63,203 nt of DNA, filler included, from Octopus bimaculoides (GCF_001194135.2; 6 parts of 6 records of this genome joined end to end with filler, not necessarily neighbours in it), one strand, 5' to 3'. Positions 12,831 to 25,299 are shown, numbered from the whole stretch's first letter. Numbers and translations are program-made. Notes: generated by a model not told the origin, from the sequence alone.

Positions 12831-14275
12831 CTTCTCTCCTTTGTTTCAATCTTCCAATGTTATTTCTACTTACAAATACTTCTCTTTCTTTTTCATTATC
12901 TCTCCTTTCTTTATTTCTTTCTTTATTTCTTTCTTTCCATGTTCTGTCTACGTTCTCACCCAACTCAATCTCGGGCTCGACGACTCTTCCCACATCCAAA
13001 CCCAATCACGAGGTTCACCGTCTGCCATTGGCGTCTTTGTCATCTTTCACCAAATATCTCTCTGCTGACCATTATGCGCTCTCCCCCCACCATCATCATT
13101 ACCACTAACTAATACCACTATAGCAACGACCCTGTCGCCGCCTCTATCAGCATTACCAGCACCAGCACCGCTGCTAACCTTATTTACGAATACCACAAAA
13201 CCAACACCACTACTATAACACTATTACCACCTCCCTCCTTACATTACAACCACCACCACCACCATTACCACAACCACCACCGCCTCAACCCCAATCCTAA
13301 CCATTACTACTACCACCATCACCACCACCACCACCACCACCACCACCACCANNNNNNNNNNNNNNNNNNNNNNNNNNNNNNNNNNNNNNNNNNNNNNNNN
13401 NNNNNNNNNNNNNNNNNNNNNNNNNNNNNNNNNNNNNNNNNNNNNNNNNNNNNNNNNNNNNNNNNNNNNNNNNNNNNNNNNNNNNNNNNNNNNNNNNNNN
13501 NNNNNNNNNNNNNNNNNNNNNNNNNNNNNNNNNNNNNNNNNNNNNNNNNNNNNNNNNNNNNNNNNNNNNNNNNNNNNNNNNNNNNNNNNNNNNNNNNNNN
13601 NNNNNNNNNNNNNNNNNNNNNNNNNNNNNNNNNNNNNNNNNNNNNNNNNNNNNNNNNNNNNNNNNNNNNNNNNNNNNNNNNNNNNNNNNNNNNNNNNNNN
13701 NNNNNNNNNNNNNNNNNNNNNNNNNNNNNNNNNNNNNNNNNNNNNNNNNNNNNNNNNNNNNNNNNNNNNNNNNNNNNNNNNNNNNNNNNNNNNNNAAACT
13801 ACTACTACTACCACCACCACCACCACCACCACCACCATCACCACCACCACTGCCAACACTAATATTGCTGCTAACTACACGATAAATATCACTACCATCA
13901 CCATCACCATCGATAACAACTATCTACTATCAACACGATGCTATTACGACGACAACCATTGCTATCCTCACTACAACTACCTCCACATTCACCAGCGTCA
14001 CTCCTAGCCTCCACCGCCAACCAGTACCGGTGTCACGACGACGACGACGATGACCACCACCACCACCACCACCACCACTACCACCACCACCGACACCATT
14101 GTTGTTGATGTTGCACTTGTTGTTCATGTTCTCATTCTTATAGTTTTCATTGTGTGACACGTCTTGTTCCTCGTTATACCAGAATTGTCGAGTTGTCTGT
14201 CGAGTTAATATCATCTTTTCACTACAATACATGTACAGAAAACACACCTAACAACATAACATAATATAACATAAC

Positions 14276-14361
<86 letters not shown>

Positions 14362-14387
14362 TACATACATACATACATACATACATA

Positions 14388-14672
14388 AAACTTCTTTTCC
14401 CAGATTATAAATTTACATTCGTACCCTTAATCATTGTTGAACTTGGTCGTGTTACTAAGTGTCTAAAATAATATCCTGGAAAAATTGGGGTTTTACAGGT
14501 AAATAATGAAGCCCTCCAATTCGCTGTATTCTGCAAACTCAGTGTAAGCAGAACAGTGAAAATATATAAAACATTTATAAATTTCAACGCGTGTCATTTT
14601 TATTGTTCTTATTAGAATTATGGTAATGGAACTTTATTTCTTGGAAAACTAATATGAATTGAAAAGAAGACT
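14388..14672 (+). mobile_element. R4/Dong-like (RLE) non-LTR retrotransposon 3' fragment at (CATA)n
   Basis: LFPDYKFTFVPLIIVELGRVTKCLK*YPGKIG...SVSRTVKIYKTFINF is homologous to LYPEYKFRFILVVIEALGYVT...SITGTVNICKTCQKFII at 42727-42925. It starts immediately after a (CATA)6 tract. Confidence 0.75.
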
Positions 14673-14691
14673 CATATACATGTGTTATTTC

Positions 14692-14937
14692 TTTACTACC
14701 CACAAGGGGCTACACACAGAGGGGACAAACAAGGACAGACAAACGGATTAAGTCGATTATATCGACCCCAGTGCATAACTGATACTTATTTAATCGACCC
14801 CGAAAGGATGAAAGGCAAAGTCGACCTCGGCGGAATTTGAACTCAGAACGTAGCGGCAGACGAAATACCGATAAACATTTCGCCTGGCGTGCTAACGTTT
14901 CTGCCAGCTCGCCGCCAGCTCGCCGCCAGCTCGCCGA
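14692..14937 (-). mobile_element. SINE family B with triplicated 5' end
   Basis: Near-identical to 10424-10644; the 11-mer GCCAGCTCGCC occurs three times in tandem at 14903-14935. Confidence 0.9.
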
Positions 14938-15508
14938 CTCATATACATGTGTATATACGCGCACGTACACACAGGCATATACGTACGCATGTCTGTCATG
15001 TTCGTCCGTGGGAGTGACGAGGGTCATCTAATCGTCGTAGGATGACTAATGATAATCGCGGTGACTTTGTTTAAAGGGAAGAGTTGCGCACTAACAGCCT
15101 CGCTCTCTCGTCCGTGACCATCTGCAGTCCATTGGAAAGATCAGGTCAAGACGACTGGAGATGGAGACAGATGTCTTACTTGCCTCATCTTGCTCTCTGC
15201 ACCTCCGCCCCAATGCGTTGTTGCATTCATTTTACTCTCTGTTGAATTATGAGATTTCTTCCGCTGAGTCAGCCAAACCTAGTCGTCACATGCATTTGTA
15301 GCCAAGCCCTAATATGCTGATAAACCTATAACTGGGACCCTGACTCGTGCTACAACTCTGAGTCAGAGTAGATCTAGAAACAATAGTGACTAAGAAGTGG
15401 TTCCACACTCCTCAAAACCCCGAAATTTCTGAATAGAGCCCCGGATGCAGTTTAAAGTCAAACCCAGGACTGACTGACATATACGTACATATATCGCTAG
15501 CCACGACA

Positions 15509-15673
15509 CATTCTTTTTTTCTCTCCTTGTTTCTTTCCGTGTCCCTTTCTGCGGAAGAGCGTAGGCTCGAAACGTTAAAGACTTTTTCACTTCCCGAGCG
15601 TTATACTAATACATTTGTTTGTTTTCTACACCACCTGTCTTCGTCTTTTGTTTTTTTTTTGTGAATTCTCCCT
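15509..15673 (+). mobile_element. Interspersed repeat carrying a hammerhead-like motif (Penelope pLTR-like)
   Basis: Homologous to the inverted copy at 60556-60760; motif CTTTCTGCGGAAGAGCGTAGGCTCGAAACGTTAAAG at 15545-15580. Confidence 0.55.
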
Positions 15674-15757
15674 ACATACATACAGACATACATACAAATG
15701 TGAACCCTTAACATAATTCTTAGGTAGAATCAACGTTCATACACACACACACACGTG

Positions 15758-15803
<46 letters not shown>

Positions 15804-15990
15804 CGCGCATACACGCATAAATTGACAACGCATGAATTAAACTCTAATATTTTACTTAATGAGAAATTCTAAGGATTTCATTACCTGATCATTGGATAGT
15901 TTTAATGTTGTATTCTGTCGCAAGGGTTCGGATAAAATTTCTGATTTCATCTCTTCGTACATACTTCATGCAGACGCAGACAGTGTCTGC

Positions 15991-16074
15991 ATAACATGGT
16001 ATAAACCGACTGTAAAAACTACTATTTCTGTCGAATAACAAGGTATAAACCGACTATAAAAACTACTATTTCTG
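15991..16074. repeat. 44-bp-period tandem duplication
   Basis: ATAACA(T/A)GGTATAAACCGACT(G/A)TAAAAACTACTATTTCTG at 15991-16030 and 16035-16074. Confidence 0.95.
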
Positions 16075-16360
16075 GTTCCACTTCCACGCTATTGATATCA
16101 TTGTGAAAGAATTATTTAGAACAGTCATTGGCGATCTGCGGGATATTTCGAATGACACGCCTAACGAAAAATTACATCGAATTTGTTTTAGTTCAGCGCG
16201 CCACATGACCTTTGCTACTTTCACAAGACACCTGGAGAACTTTGGATCAGATAGTAAAATTGAGGAGGAAATCTGTTCTGAGTTTTCCCCCTCTCTCAGT
16301 AGAGTTATGTTTTCGCGGTGTTCGCTATCATAGACATATATGCTTTTTAGTGATGTGAGG

Positions 16361-16764
16361 CATTCTTTTACTCTTTTACTTGTGTCAGTCTTTTGACTGT
16401 GGCCATGCTGGAGCACCGCCTTTAGTCGAGTAAATCGACCCCAGGACTTATTCTTTAGAAGCTTAGTACTTATTCTATCGGTCTCTTTTGCCGAACCGCT
16501 AAGTTACGGGGACATAAACACACCAGCATCGGTTGTCAAGCGATGTTGGGGGGACAAACACAGACACACAAACACATACACACATACATATATATATATA
16601 CATATATACGACGGGCTTCTTTCAGTTTCCGTTTACCAAATCCACTCACAAGGCTTTGGTCGGCCCGAGGCTATAGTAGAAGACACTTACCCAAGGTGCC
16701 ACGCAGTGAGACTGAACCCGGGACCATGTGGTTGGTAAGCAAGCTACTTACCACACAGCCACTC
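16361..16764 (-). mobile_element. SINE family A, full-length tRNA-derived SINE with internal microsatellite
   Basis: Minus-strand head GAGTGGCTGTGTGGTAAG (A-box-like) ... GGGTTCAGTCTC (B-box-like), then CCTTGGGTAAGTGTCTTC, a (TA/TG) tract and a TAAAAGAG-repeat tail. Confidence 0.9.
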
Positions 16765-16789
16765 ACAAATTTGTAATCTGAACGTTCGA

Positions 16790-17810
16790 CCAGGAAAAGA
16801 CATATAGACAATAACTCAGCATGCAAAGCTTATAACGACTGGATTACCGAATTAGTTAAGCTGCAATCGATGGTCAATAAAAAAAAAAGTATTAGGGTAG
16901 AATCGGTAGGATTTAGCAAAGAAGTAGGGCAGCTAGTGAGGAAATGAGAAGACGAGATTAGTAAAGGTATCGTGCCTGAAGTGTTAACGACGAGAATGAC
17001 CTTTCTTCAACACGATACACAAAGTTATGTTTTCAGAAATAAGGCATATACTATTAGAAACAATGGAATGAAAGGTGTTCGATGGTAAGCAGAGGTTCGA
17101 TCAAGAATTAAGCCACAAATCGGTGTTTGATGTACCTGATGTATTAAAGCTTACATCGACAGAAAACTCGAAGTGTTGCAAAAAGCCGGTAACAGAAGTT
17201 AAAATATAGTTGGCAATAAGTGGTTATGCAATTATAAAATCGTCTGGTTTTGTTGCTCTACTCAGTGAGCTTCACAGCTACACGCCAGGTTTGTTCAGTA
17301 CGATCTTGGCAGATGACTATCTCAACTGGTAGTATACTGGGAACATTCCTAGCTGTGTGAATTTGAAGTAGTAGCTATGTTGAGGAAGGATCCGAGTAAG
17401 GAGGATACTATGATTTCCCAGAAAAAGACTCTGGTGAATGTAATGTTTAAGATTTTGACGAAGGTGTTAGCGCTTGTCGTTGATAATGTGGTCAAGAAGG
17501 CGCAGACCTGTCTGATTTCGTATAGATCATACATGCAGTAAGCGTGTCGCGCGCAGTCCGTGAACTAAGAAGTCTCTTACATCTGCACTGACTTTCGAGA
17601 AACTGATGAAGAGACTAGAGGTGTAGAACGGAATCGCGTTCGAATAGTGATGCTGATGAACTGTGTTGGCATATATGAACGAGGTGACTGTCATGGTGCT
17701 GAACATCGTAGAGACTGGGATGATCGGTACCATTGTAAAAGAGTTGATGATAACAAGACCAAATGTTAGGCCAGACAAATCGGTGAGCTTGCAGCAACTT
17801 CATGATGCCG
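16790..17810 (+). mobile_element. Decayed L1/Tx1-like ORF2 (linker and RT)
   Basis: Fragments ILADDYLNW*YTGNIPSCV, MLRKDPSKEDTMISQKKTLVNVMFKILTKVLALVVDNVVKKAQTCLISYRS, LTFEKLMKRLE and LAYMNEVTV...PDKSVSLQ resemble the L1/Tx1 motifs ITLLNxDYKILAKVLA, LEPLLxxL, YADDVTV and KINxEKS. Many stops and deletions. Confidence 0.65.
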
Positions 17811-18546
17811 GCTAGTATTGCTCAGTAGTGGATCGACAGCCTGGTGTATCACGTGATATACAGGACAGGCAAAAGGTTACTATCCATCCCACCAAAAACT
17901 AAACAAAAACAAAAAGGAAGACACAACATGAGAAGAAACTGAGACTTTCATAGGCGTAGCAGAACCTGACTCCTCAAATGACAAAGATAGTGACCGGGGA
18001 GAGTCAAAGAAACGGCAGAAAATAGAGGTGTGGACAAAGTTGAAGATGGTTGGGACCAACAAACGCATGAGCAAGGTTAGAAAACAGAGAGAGAGAGAGG
18101 GGGGGGTGCTGTCTTGCACCAAACTTTGTGGAAGATGTGTAAAAGTGACGAAATCGACGTGGCTACATGCGTCTAAATTATACGGCTATAGACTGTAGGC
18201 AACAAATGGGAGAAAGGATCACTTGCTTATGGTGTGCCAGGGTATTCCAGGTATTATATATCGTGCCCTGAATCACACACGGGGTTGTGTCTGTGATCTT
18301 TTCCTTACTATTTGTTGTTCTATGTTGTTATTGTTATTGTTATTTATTGTCATCCATATATTAACATCTGTGTTTGTTATTACTGATCTCGACCGTTTTA
18401 TTTGATGTAAACCCGCCATGTTTTCTTTGGTTTTGTATTTCACCTTCGTAGTGTTTCCTAACGTACTGGACCCTTGTGGCTAACAATTAGGAAATTATTT
18501 TTATAATTATTACAATTGTCATTTAATCATCAACATCATCATCATC

Positions 18547-18610
<64 letters not shown>

Positions 18611-19013
18611 CCAAATACAATATGAAAATTATTTTAACTCCACTTCTCTCTCTTTCTCCCTCCTTCTCTCTGTCTTTCTTTCTCTCTGTCTCCTTCAATC
18701 TGTCTCTCTTTCTATCTGTCTCTCTTTCTATCTGTCTCTCTTTCTGTCTGTCTTTTATTCATATCTGTTGCTAGGACAGGACATGTCTATATAATCAACT
18801 TTTGGGGTACCAGAAGCTTGGAAAAACACAAACTAAATAATAAAACACATTAAAAGAGAGAAAGAGATAGAAAAAGGGAAAGAGAAGCGGAGAGAGAGAG
18901 AGAAGGAGAGAGAGAGAAGGAGAAAAAAGAAGAGAAGAAGCGAGTGAGAGAAACAGGAGAGAGAGCATGAAAGAGAGAAAGAAGGAGAGAGAGAAAGTAA
19001 GCAAGAGCAAAAG

Positions 19014-19054
<41 letters not shown>

Positions 19055-19489
19055 NNNNNNNNNNNNNNNNNNNNNNNNNNNNNNNNNNNNNNNNNNNNNN
19101 NNNNNNNNNNNNNNNNNNNNNNNNNNNNNNNNNNNNNNNNNNNNNNNNNNNNNNNNNNNNNNNNNNNNNNNNNNNNNNNNNNNNNNNNNNNNNNNNNNNN
19201 NNNNNNNNNNNNNNNNNNNNNNNNNNNNNNNNNNNNNNNNNNNNNNNNNNNNNNNNNNNNNNNNNNNNNNNNNNNNNNNNNNNNNNNNNNNNNNNNNNNN
19301 NNNNNNNNNNNNNNNNNNNNNNNNNNNNNNNNNNNNNNNNNNNNNNNNNNNNNNNNNNNNNNNNNNNNNNNNNNNNNNNNNNNNNNNNNNNNNNNNNNNN
19401 NNNNNNNNNNNNNNNNNNNNNNNNNNNNNNNNNNNNNNNNNNNNNNNNNNNNNNNNNNNNNNNNNNTTTTGGTTTTAGTTAGCAAAGAA

Positions 19490-19800
19490 GTGATACGATG
19501 AGGTTGTGGGCGGAGAGATAGGTGCAGCGTGAGGGGGGGGGGTTAGAAATGAAGTTGGCGTGGACGTAACTCACTGATGGAAAAAAAAACGTGACGTCGA
19601 AGACGTCGAGTTCTTTGAGACAGCGTAACGCTAGACAGAACAGCGGTAGCGTGACGCTAGAACAAAAGTGGCGTGGAGCAAGACGCAAGTGTGGTGAGTA
19701 GAGAGCAAAACCGGAGTGGCAAAAGAGGTTGGGTGGCGATGGAGGTTCTGCCTCCGTTCCCGACGTTAAACGGTTACAGACAGACAGATAACAAACAGTA
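19490..19800 (+). promoter_or_regulatory. CpG-rich promoter or first-exon candidate
   Basis: Unique CpG-dense stretch with TGACGTC (CRE-like), two AGCGT(A/G)ACGCTAG palindromes and a consensus donor GTGAGT at 19694-19699. Confidence 0.3.
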
Positions 19801-19992
19801 TTTCTACCACAGCACACTACTATAGATACGTATCACTGGCACCAACAAGTAGCATTTCATATCGCTCAACTCCGATGCTTTTCCATATAAGCTACGTTGT
19901 CATCTTTGACTATTCACTCTCTCTGTAAGTTAATTTCTTTCTTCTTGCCGCTTTGTTTCAGACATTTTTGTTTGTTTTGCAGCGCGCGCGCG

Positions 19993-20066
<74 letters not shown>

Positions 20067-20100
20067 TACGCGCGCATATTTTTTACTTTTGCACTTTTTT

Positions 20101-20336
20101 CTCTTTTATTCTGTTTTATTATTTATTACTTTACTTGTTTCAATCATTTGACTGCGGCCATGCTGGAGCACCGCCGCCTTTTAGTCGAATCAAATCGACC
20201 CCCAGGACTTATTCTTTGTAAGCTTAGTACTTATTCTATCGGTTTGTTTTGCCGAACCGCTAAGTTACGGGGACCTAAACACACCAGCATCGGTTGTCAA
20301 GCGATGTTGGGGGGACAAACACAGACTCACAAACAC

Positions 20337-20376
<40 letters not shown>

Positions 20377-20615
20377 ATATATACGACGGGCTTCTTTCAG
20401 TTTCCATCTACCAAATCCACTCACGAGGCTTTGGTCGGCCCGAGGCTATAGTAGAAGACACCTGCCCAAGGTGCCACGCAGTGGGATGGCCATTGCACTG
20501 CGGCCATGCTGGGCTACCGCCTTGAAGGGTTTCAATCGATGGAATTCACTCCGTTACATATTTGAAGACTGGTACTTCGTTCTATCGGTTCCTTTTTGCC
20601 GAACCGTTAGGCTGC
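20101..20615 (-). mobile_element. SINE family A (head-truncated) plus a second 3' fragment
   Basis: High identity to 16361-16715; a second tail fragment CTGCGGCCATGCTGG...GCCGAACCG follows at about 20495-20615. Confidence 0.9.
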
Positions 20616-20864
20616 AATTATGCAAACAAAGCAATACAGAACAAGCAATGCAAAACAAATACAAAGACGGTCACATATATGCACATTAACACACACACAC
20701 ACACACACTAACACATACATACACACGTACACACATACTAACACACACACACTCATACACACATACACATGCGCGCATACACACACATACACACAAATAT
20801 ATACGCGTGGTATACACATTAACACATCCATACACATGCCCCCCCACACACAGATATATACGCG

Positions 20865-21190
20865 TGGTATCTTGGGCAAGTTTCTTCTACTATAGGCGAC
20901 CGACTAAAGACTTAAGTGGACTTATATATATATGCTTGTGTATGTGTGTGTGTCTAAATGTGTGTATGTATATACCTTTGTGTGTGTCTGTGTGTCTTTG
21001 TGTCTCTGTTTGTCCTCCATAAATGCTTGAAAACCGATGTTGGTTTGTTTCCACTCACGTAACTTGACGGTTCAGCAAAAAGAGACGGTAAGAATGAGTA
21101 CGAGGTTTAAAAAAAAAATAATAAGTACCAGCATCGGTTTCTCGGACAAAGCATTTCAAGGCGATGCCCCAGCATGGCCGCAGTATAATG
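20865..21190 (+). mobile_element. SINE family A, diverged, opposite orientation
   Basis: CTTGGGCAAGTTTCTTCTACTATAGG ... AACCGATGTTGG ... GCCCCAGCATGGCCGCAGT. Confidence 0.75.
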
Positions 21191-21341
21191 ACTGGCGACT
21201 TCCACACAGTATCAGAATGCATTAGTCGGACCGGAGACGAAGTAGAAAACATCGGCCGAGCACGTGGCTCCGACATGAACTTAAAACTACACAGTCATAC
21301 CTGCACCTGTAGGCGCGCGTGCATGTTCGTGTCTCCGTGTG

Positions 21342-21372
<31 letters not shown>

Positions 21373-21443
21373 ATGCATGATGTATGTATATATGTGTGTA
21401 TATAAATACATGCATACAAACATACGTACACACACACAACTAT

Positions 21444-21513
<70 letters not shown>

Positions 21514-21735
21514 AAGTTAGTAAATAGTGGGTTTTTTTTCATTTTCCTATATATGTATATATACACATATACATATAGATAGCTATATAGATATGTATAT
21601 ATATGTACGTATATATGTATGCGTGTATGTATGTGTAGGGTGTGTATATTCAGAGATCTATCTGTTTCTCTCTCTTTATATATATATGTCTGGATGTTTT
21701 GCGTTCTTGTCCCATTTTGTATTATTTATACATAT

Positions 21736-21837
<102 letters not shown>

Positions 21838-22159
21838 GTACACACACACACATATACATACACATGATATATATGTATGTGTATGCTTGTGCATGTATTT
21901 GTGTGGGTGATGTATGCGTGTGGGTGTGTGTGTGTGTGTTTGTGTGGAGGATGGTGAGTCTGTGTGCGCGTGAGCGGTCACATACGTCAGGCAGCGCGTG
22001 TGTGTGTGTGTGTGTGTGATATAACACATTTTACACAAAATTGCGGCAGAAAGAAAAGAGAAATCTTAGCTGTGATTTTATATAAACATAAACACCAGCG
22101 CTCGCGCGGACATAACAGGCGCATACATACACACACACACATACACACACACACACACA

Positions 22160-22191
<32 letters not shown>

Positions 22192-22398
22192 TACACACAC
22201 ACAGACACACACACATGTGCTTATTTGCTTGTTTCAGTTAATTTTTTTATATTCTTGAATGTGATCAAATTTTTAAAGCATTTTTTGAAAATCCAGTTTG
22301 ATAATGAGAGAAATTCATCCACTGCACAGAAAGATAAATGTTGAATTTAGCATACTCGATCTGTATGTGTGTATATGTAAATACATGAGTATGCATGT

Positions 22399-22498
22399 NN
22401 NNNNNNNNNNNNNNNNNNNNNNNNNNNNNNNNNNNNNNNNNNTTAATTAATTAANNNNNNNNNNNNNNNNNNNNNNNNNNNNNNNNNNNNNNNNNNNN
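22399..22498. other. Assembly linker N44-TTAATTAATTAA-N44
   Basis: Palindrome at 22443-22454. Confidence 0.95.
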
Positions 22499-22572
22499 AT
22501 ATATATTAAGGAGATATATGTGCATAGCAAGTGACTTGAACTGAGATCATGTGCTGAAACAAAAACAATTGC

Positions 22573-22781
22573 CACACATAAAACCGTTAGATTCACTTCA
22601 ACATTTAAATTTAATTTGTGTCAAAATATTTTCATCACTTTGAAACCATGACCTGTTCACTGACAAAACATCATGACGCAGCACAAAGTTTTGTCAGTGA
22701 ACAGATCACAGTTCCAAAGTGCAGAACATATTTTGACAAATTAAATTTAAATGTTGAAGTGAATCTAACGGTTTTTGTGTG
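22573..22781. repeat. Foldback or MITE-like long inverted repeat
   Basis: Arms of about 95 bp (22573-22669 and 22688-22781), e.g. AAAACCGTTAGATTCACTTCAACATTTAAATTTAATTTG and its complement; 18-nt loop. Confidence 0.9.
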
Positions 22782-23038
22782 TTTTTAAATGGCTTATAAA
22801 CACCTTCCATGCAGCAATTTATGTGTGTGTGTATGTGTGTGTACACATGTGTGTGCGCGTGTGTATATGAATATAAATGTGTGTGTATGTGTGCGTTTGT
22901 GTGAGTGTGGGAGTGTATGTGTGTATGTATATGTATATATATATATATATATATATAAATATATATGAATATAAATGTGTGTGTGTGTATGTGTGCATGT
23001 GCGTTTGTGTGAGTGTATGTGTGTGTATATGCATATAC

Positions 23039-23270
23039 CATCATCAGCATTTTAACATCAACTTTTCCATATTTGCAGAAGTCAGATGGAGTTTATTGCG
23101 GCAGATTTTATATACCTGGATGCCCTTCTTCTCCCCAATTCTCACCTGTTTCCAAGCAAGGTAATATTTCCCCATGGTCAGACATGTTTACATAGAAAAT
23201 TGGAAGAGAACAGCACTGCTTATATGACAATGACAATGATTTACAACTATCACATGGTGTCAAGAAAAGC
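23039..23270 (-). mobile_element. (GAT)n-tailed SINE/LINE 3' end (family D variant)
   Basis: Reverse complement of the 51240-51408 copy (GGAAATATTACCTTGCTTGGAAACAG ... GGAAAAGTTGATGTTAAAATGCTGATGATG). Confidence 0.7.
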
Positions 23271-23320
23271 AGAAACAAATATATGTCTCCTCGCATATGT
23301 ACATATATACATACACACAT

Positions 23321-23357
<37 letters not shown>

Positions 23358-23777
23358 TACATACATGTGCGTGTGCACGTGTGTGTGCATGCATGTGTGT
23401 GAGTGCATGTGTGTGTGCATGTGTGTGTGTGCATGTGTGTGTGTGCATGTATGTATGCATGCATGTGTTTGTGCATGTGTGTTTCTTGGTGCATTTCTGT
23501 TTCTATGTCTGTTTATGTCTACCATCGTATATCAGTGTGTTCTGTCCCTTTATGTCAAAACATAACTTATTGATTTCATTAACAGAGATGAATGAAATAT
23601 GTGTGATGCTAAAATAAATACTGCAGTTAATATGATTAATTGAAAGCCATGAAAGTTATACCAGCATGGACACTGTTGAATGATGGAAATTAGCACAAAG
23701 AATAAAATAATTCAAAGTCCAAATCACTTTGTCGCATGCATTAAATGCCAACCCCAGGAATTAATCTCTTTTTCCAG

Positions 23778-23842
23778 TTAAATTTCTGCTGCAAGCATTG
23801 ACGCACAGACATTCTGACAAGGCATCAGCTGCATTAATCTCA
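23778..23842 (+). CDS. Candidate coding exon (unidentified host gene), runs into a gap
   Basis: Acceptor AATCTCTTTTTCCAG, then a phase-1 open frame KFLLQALTHRHSDKASAALIS; no homology recognised. Confidence 0.2.
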
Positions 23843-24291
23843 NNNNNNNNNNNNNNNNNNNNNNNNNNNNNNNNNNNNNNNNNNNNNNNNNNNNNNNNNN
23901 NNNNNNNNNNNNNNNNNNNNNNNNNNNNNNNNNNNNNNNNNNNNNNNNNNNNNNNNNNNNNNNNNNNNNNNNNNNNNNNNNNNNNNNNNNNNNNNNNNNN
24001 NNNNNNNNNNNNNNNNNNNNNNNNNNNNNNNNNNNNNNNNNNNNNNNNNNNNNNNNNNNNNNNNNNNNNNNNNNNNNNNNNNNNNNNNNNNNNNNNNNNN
24101 NNNNNNNNNNNNNNNNNNNNNNNNNNNNNNNNNNNNNNNNNNNNNNNNNNNNNNNNNNNNNNNNNNNNNNNNNNNNNNNNNNNNNNNNNNNNNNNNNNNN
24201 NNNNNNNNNNNNNNNNNNNNNNNNNNNNNNNNNNNNNNNNNNNNNNNNNNNNNNNNNNNNNNNNNNNNNNNNNNNNNNNNNNNNNNNNNNN

Positions 24292-24323
<32 letters not shown>

Positions 24324-24329
<6 letters not shown>

Positions 24330-24495
24330 TCTACTTTCAGTTTCTGTTTACCAAATCCACTCAAAAGGCTTCAGACATCCTGGGGTTATAGTAGAAGACG
24401 CTTGCCCAAGCCAAGGCTATAGGGCTATAGTAGAAGACACTTGCCCCGCTTTCACCATGCATTTCTTAACCATGAGTTTCTTAACCACACAGCTA
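24324..24495 (-). mobile_element. SINE family A head, CpG-decayed, with internal duplication
   Basis: TTTCAGTTTCTGTTTACCAAATCCACTCA ... two copies of GG(C/T)TATAGTAGAAGAC(G/A)CTTGCCC ... ACCACACAGC. Confidence 0.75.
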
Positions 24496-24696
24496 TAGAA
24501 AATTTTTAAAAATAAAACAAAGAAAGTTGAGAAGCTAATGATATAGATTATTTATAAAATGTTAACAGCTTAGACATATTTAAAGATATCAAATTAAATA
24601 TTTGAAGAAACCAATGGTGATAACAGATTATGGTACATAGGTTCATGAAGAACAAGTATGTAGGGAATAAAAGAGAGTTGAAATTTTGCAGAAGGT

Positions 24697-24848
24697 ATGT
24701 CAATTACATCAACCTCAGTGTTCAACTGGTACTTATTTTATTGACCCCAAAAGGATGAAAGACAAAATCAACTTTGGTGGAATTTGAACTCAGAATGCTG
24801 CTAAGTATTTTGCCCGGCTTGATAACAATTCTGCCTGCTCATTGCCTT
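24697..24848 (-). mobile_element. SINE family B, CpG-decayed
   Basis: Aligns to 10480-10644 with essentially all CpGs changed to TpG/CpA. Confidence 0.8.
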
Positions 24849-25027
24849 AAGGGGAGTATAATTACTGAAATAGTATTGCCAATCAATGACTATATTATTT
24901 ACAATTTATAATCTTTATCTAAAATTATAATCATTACTAGTATCTAGAATTCTATATTCCTTCTTGTGTATTTAGATCTTTCCCAGTTTATGTCTACATT
25001 TATGTGAATATGTTTATATATACACAC

Positions 25028-25058
<31 letters not shown>

Positions 25059-25266
25059 CATGTGTTGATATCATTATCATCATCATTGATTTAACAGGCA
25101 CTTTTCCATGCTTACATGAATAAAACTATATACACATACACACTTATGTATGCATGTTTGTGTGTGTGTGCGTGTATAATATATATGCATATGCATACAT
25201 ATATTTATGTACACACACACACACGATATGTGTGTGTGTGTGTGTGTGTGCGTGTGTGTGTGTGTG

Positions 25267-25299
<33 letters not shown>

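Noticed and set aside
17349-17778. Minus-strand membrane-protein-like ORFs
   Set aside because: They are antisense to the L1/Tx1 RT remnant, which explains the region better.
666-18420. Scattered (A)AGATGGCG/AAATGGCG YY1-like motifs at about 666, 9447, 12323 and 18415
   Set aside because: Short motifs with no further promoter or ORF support.
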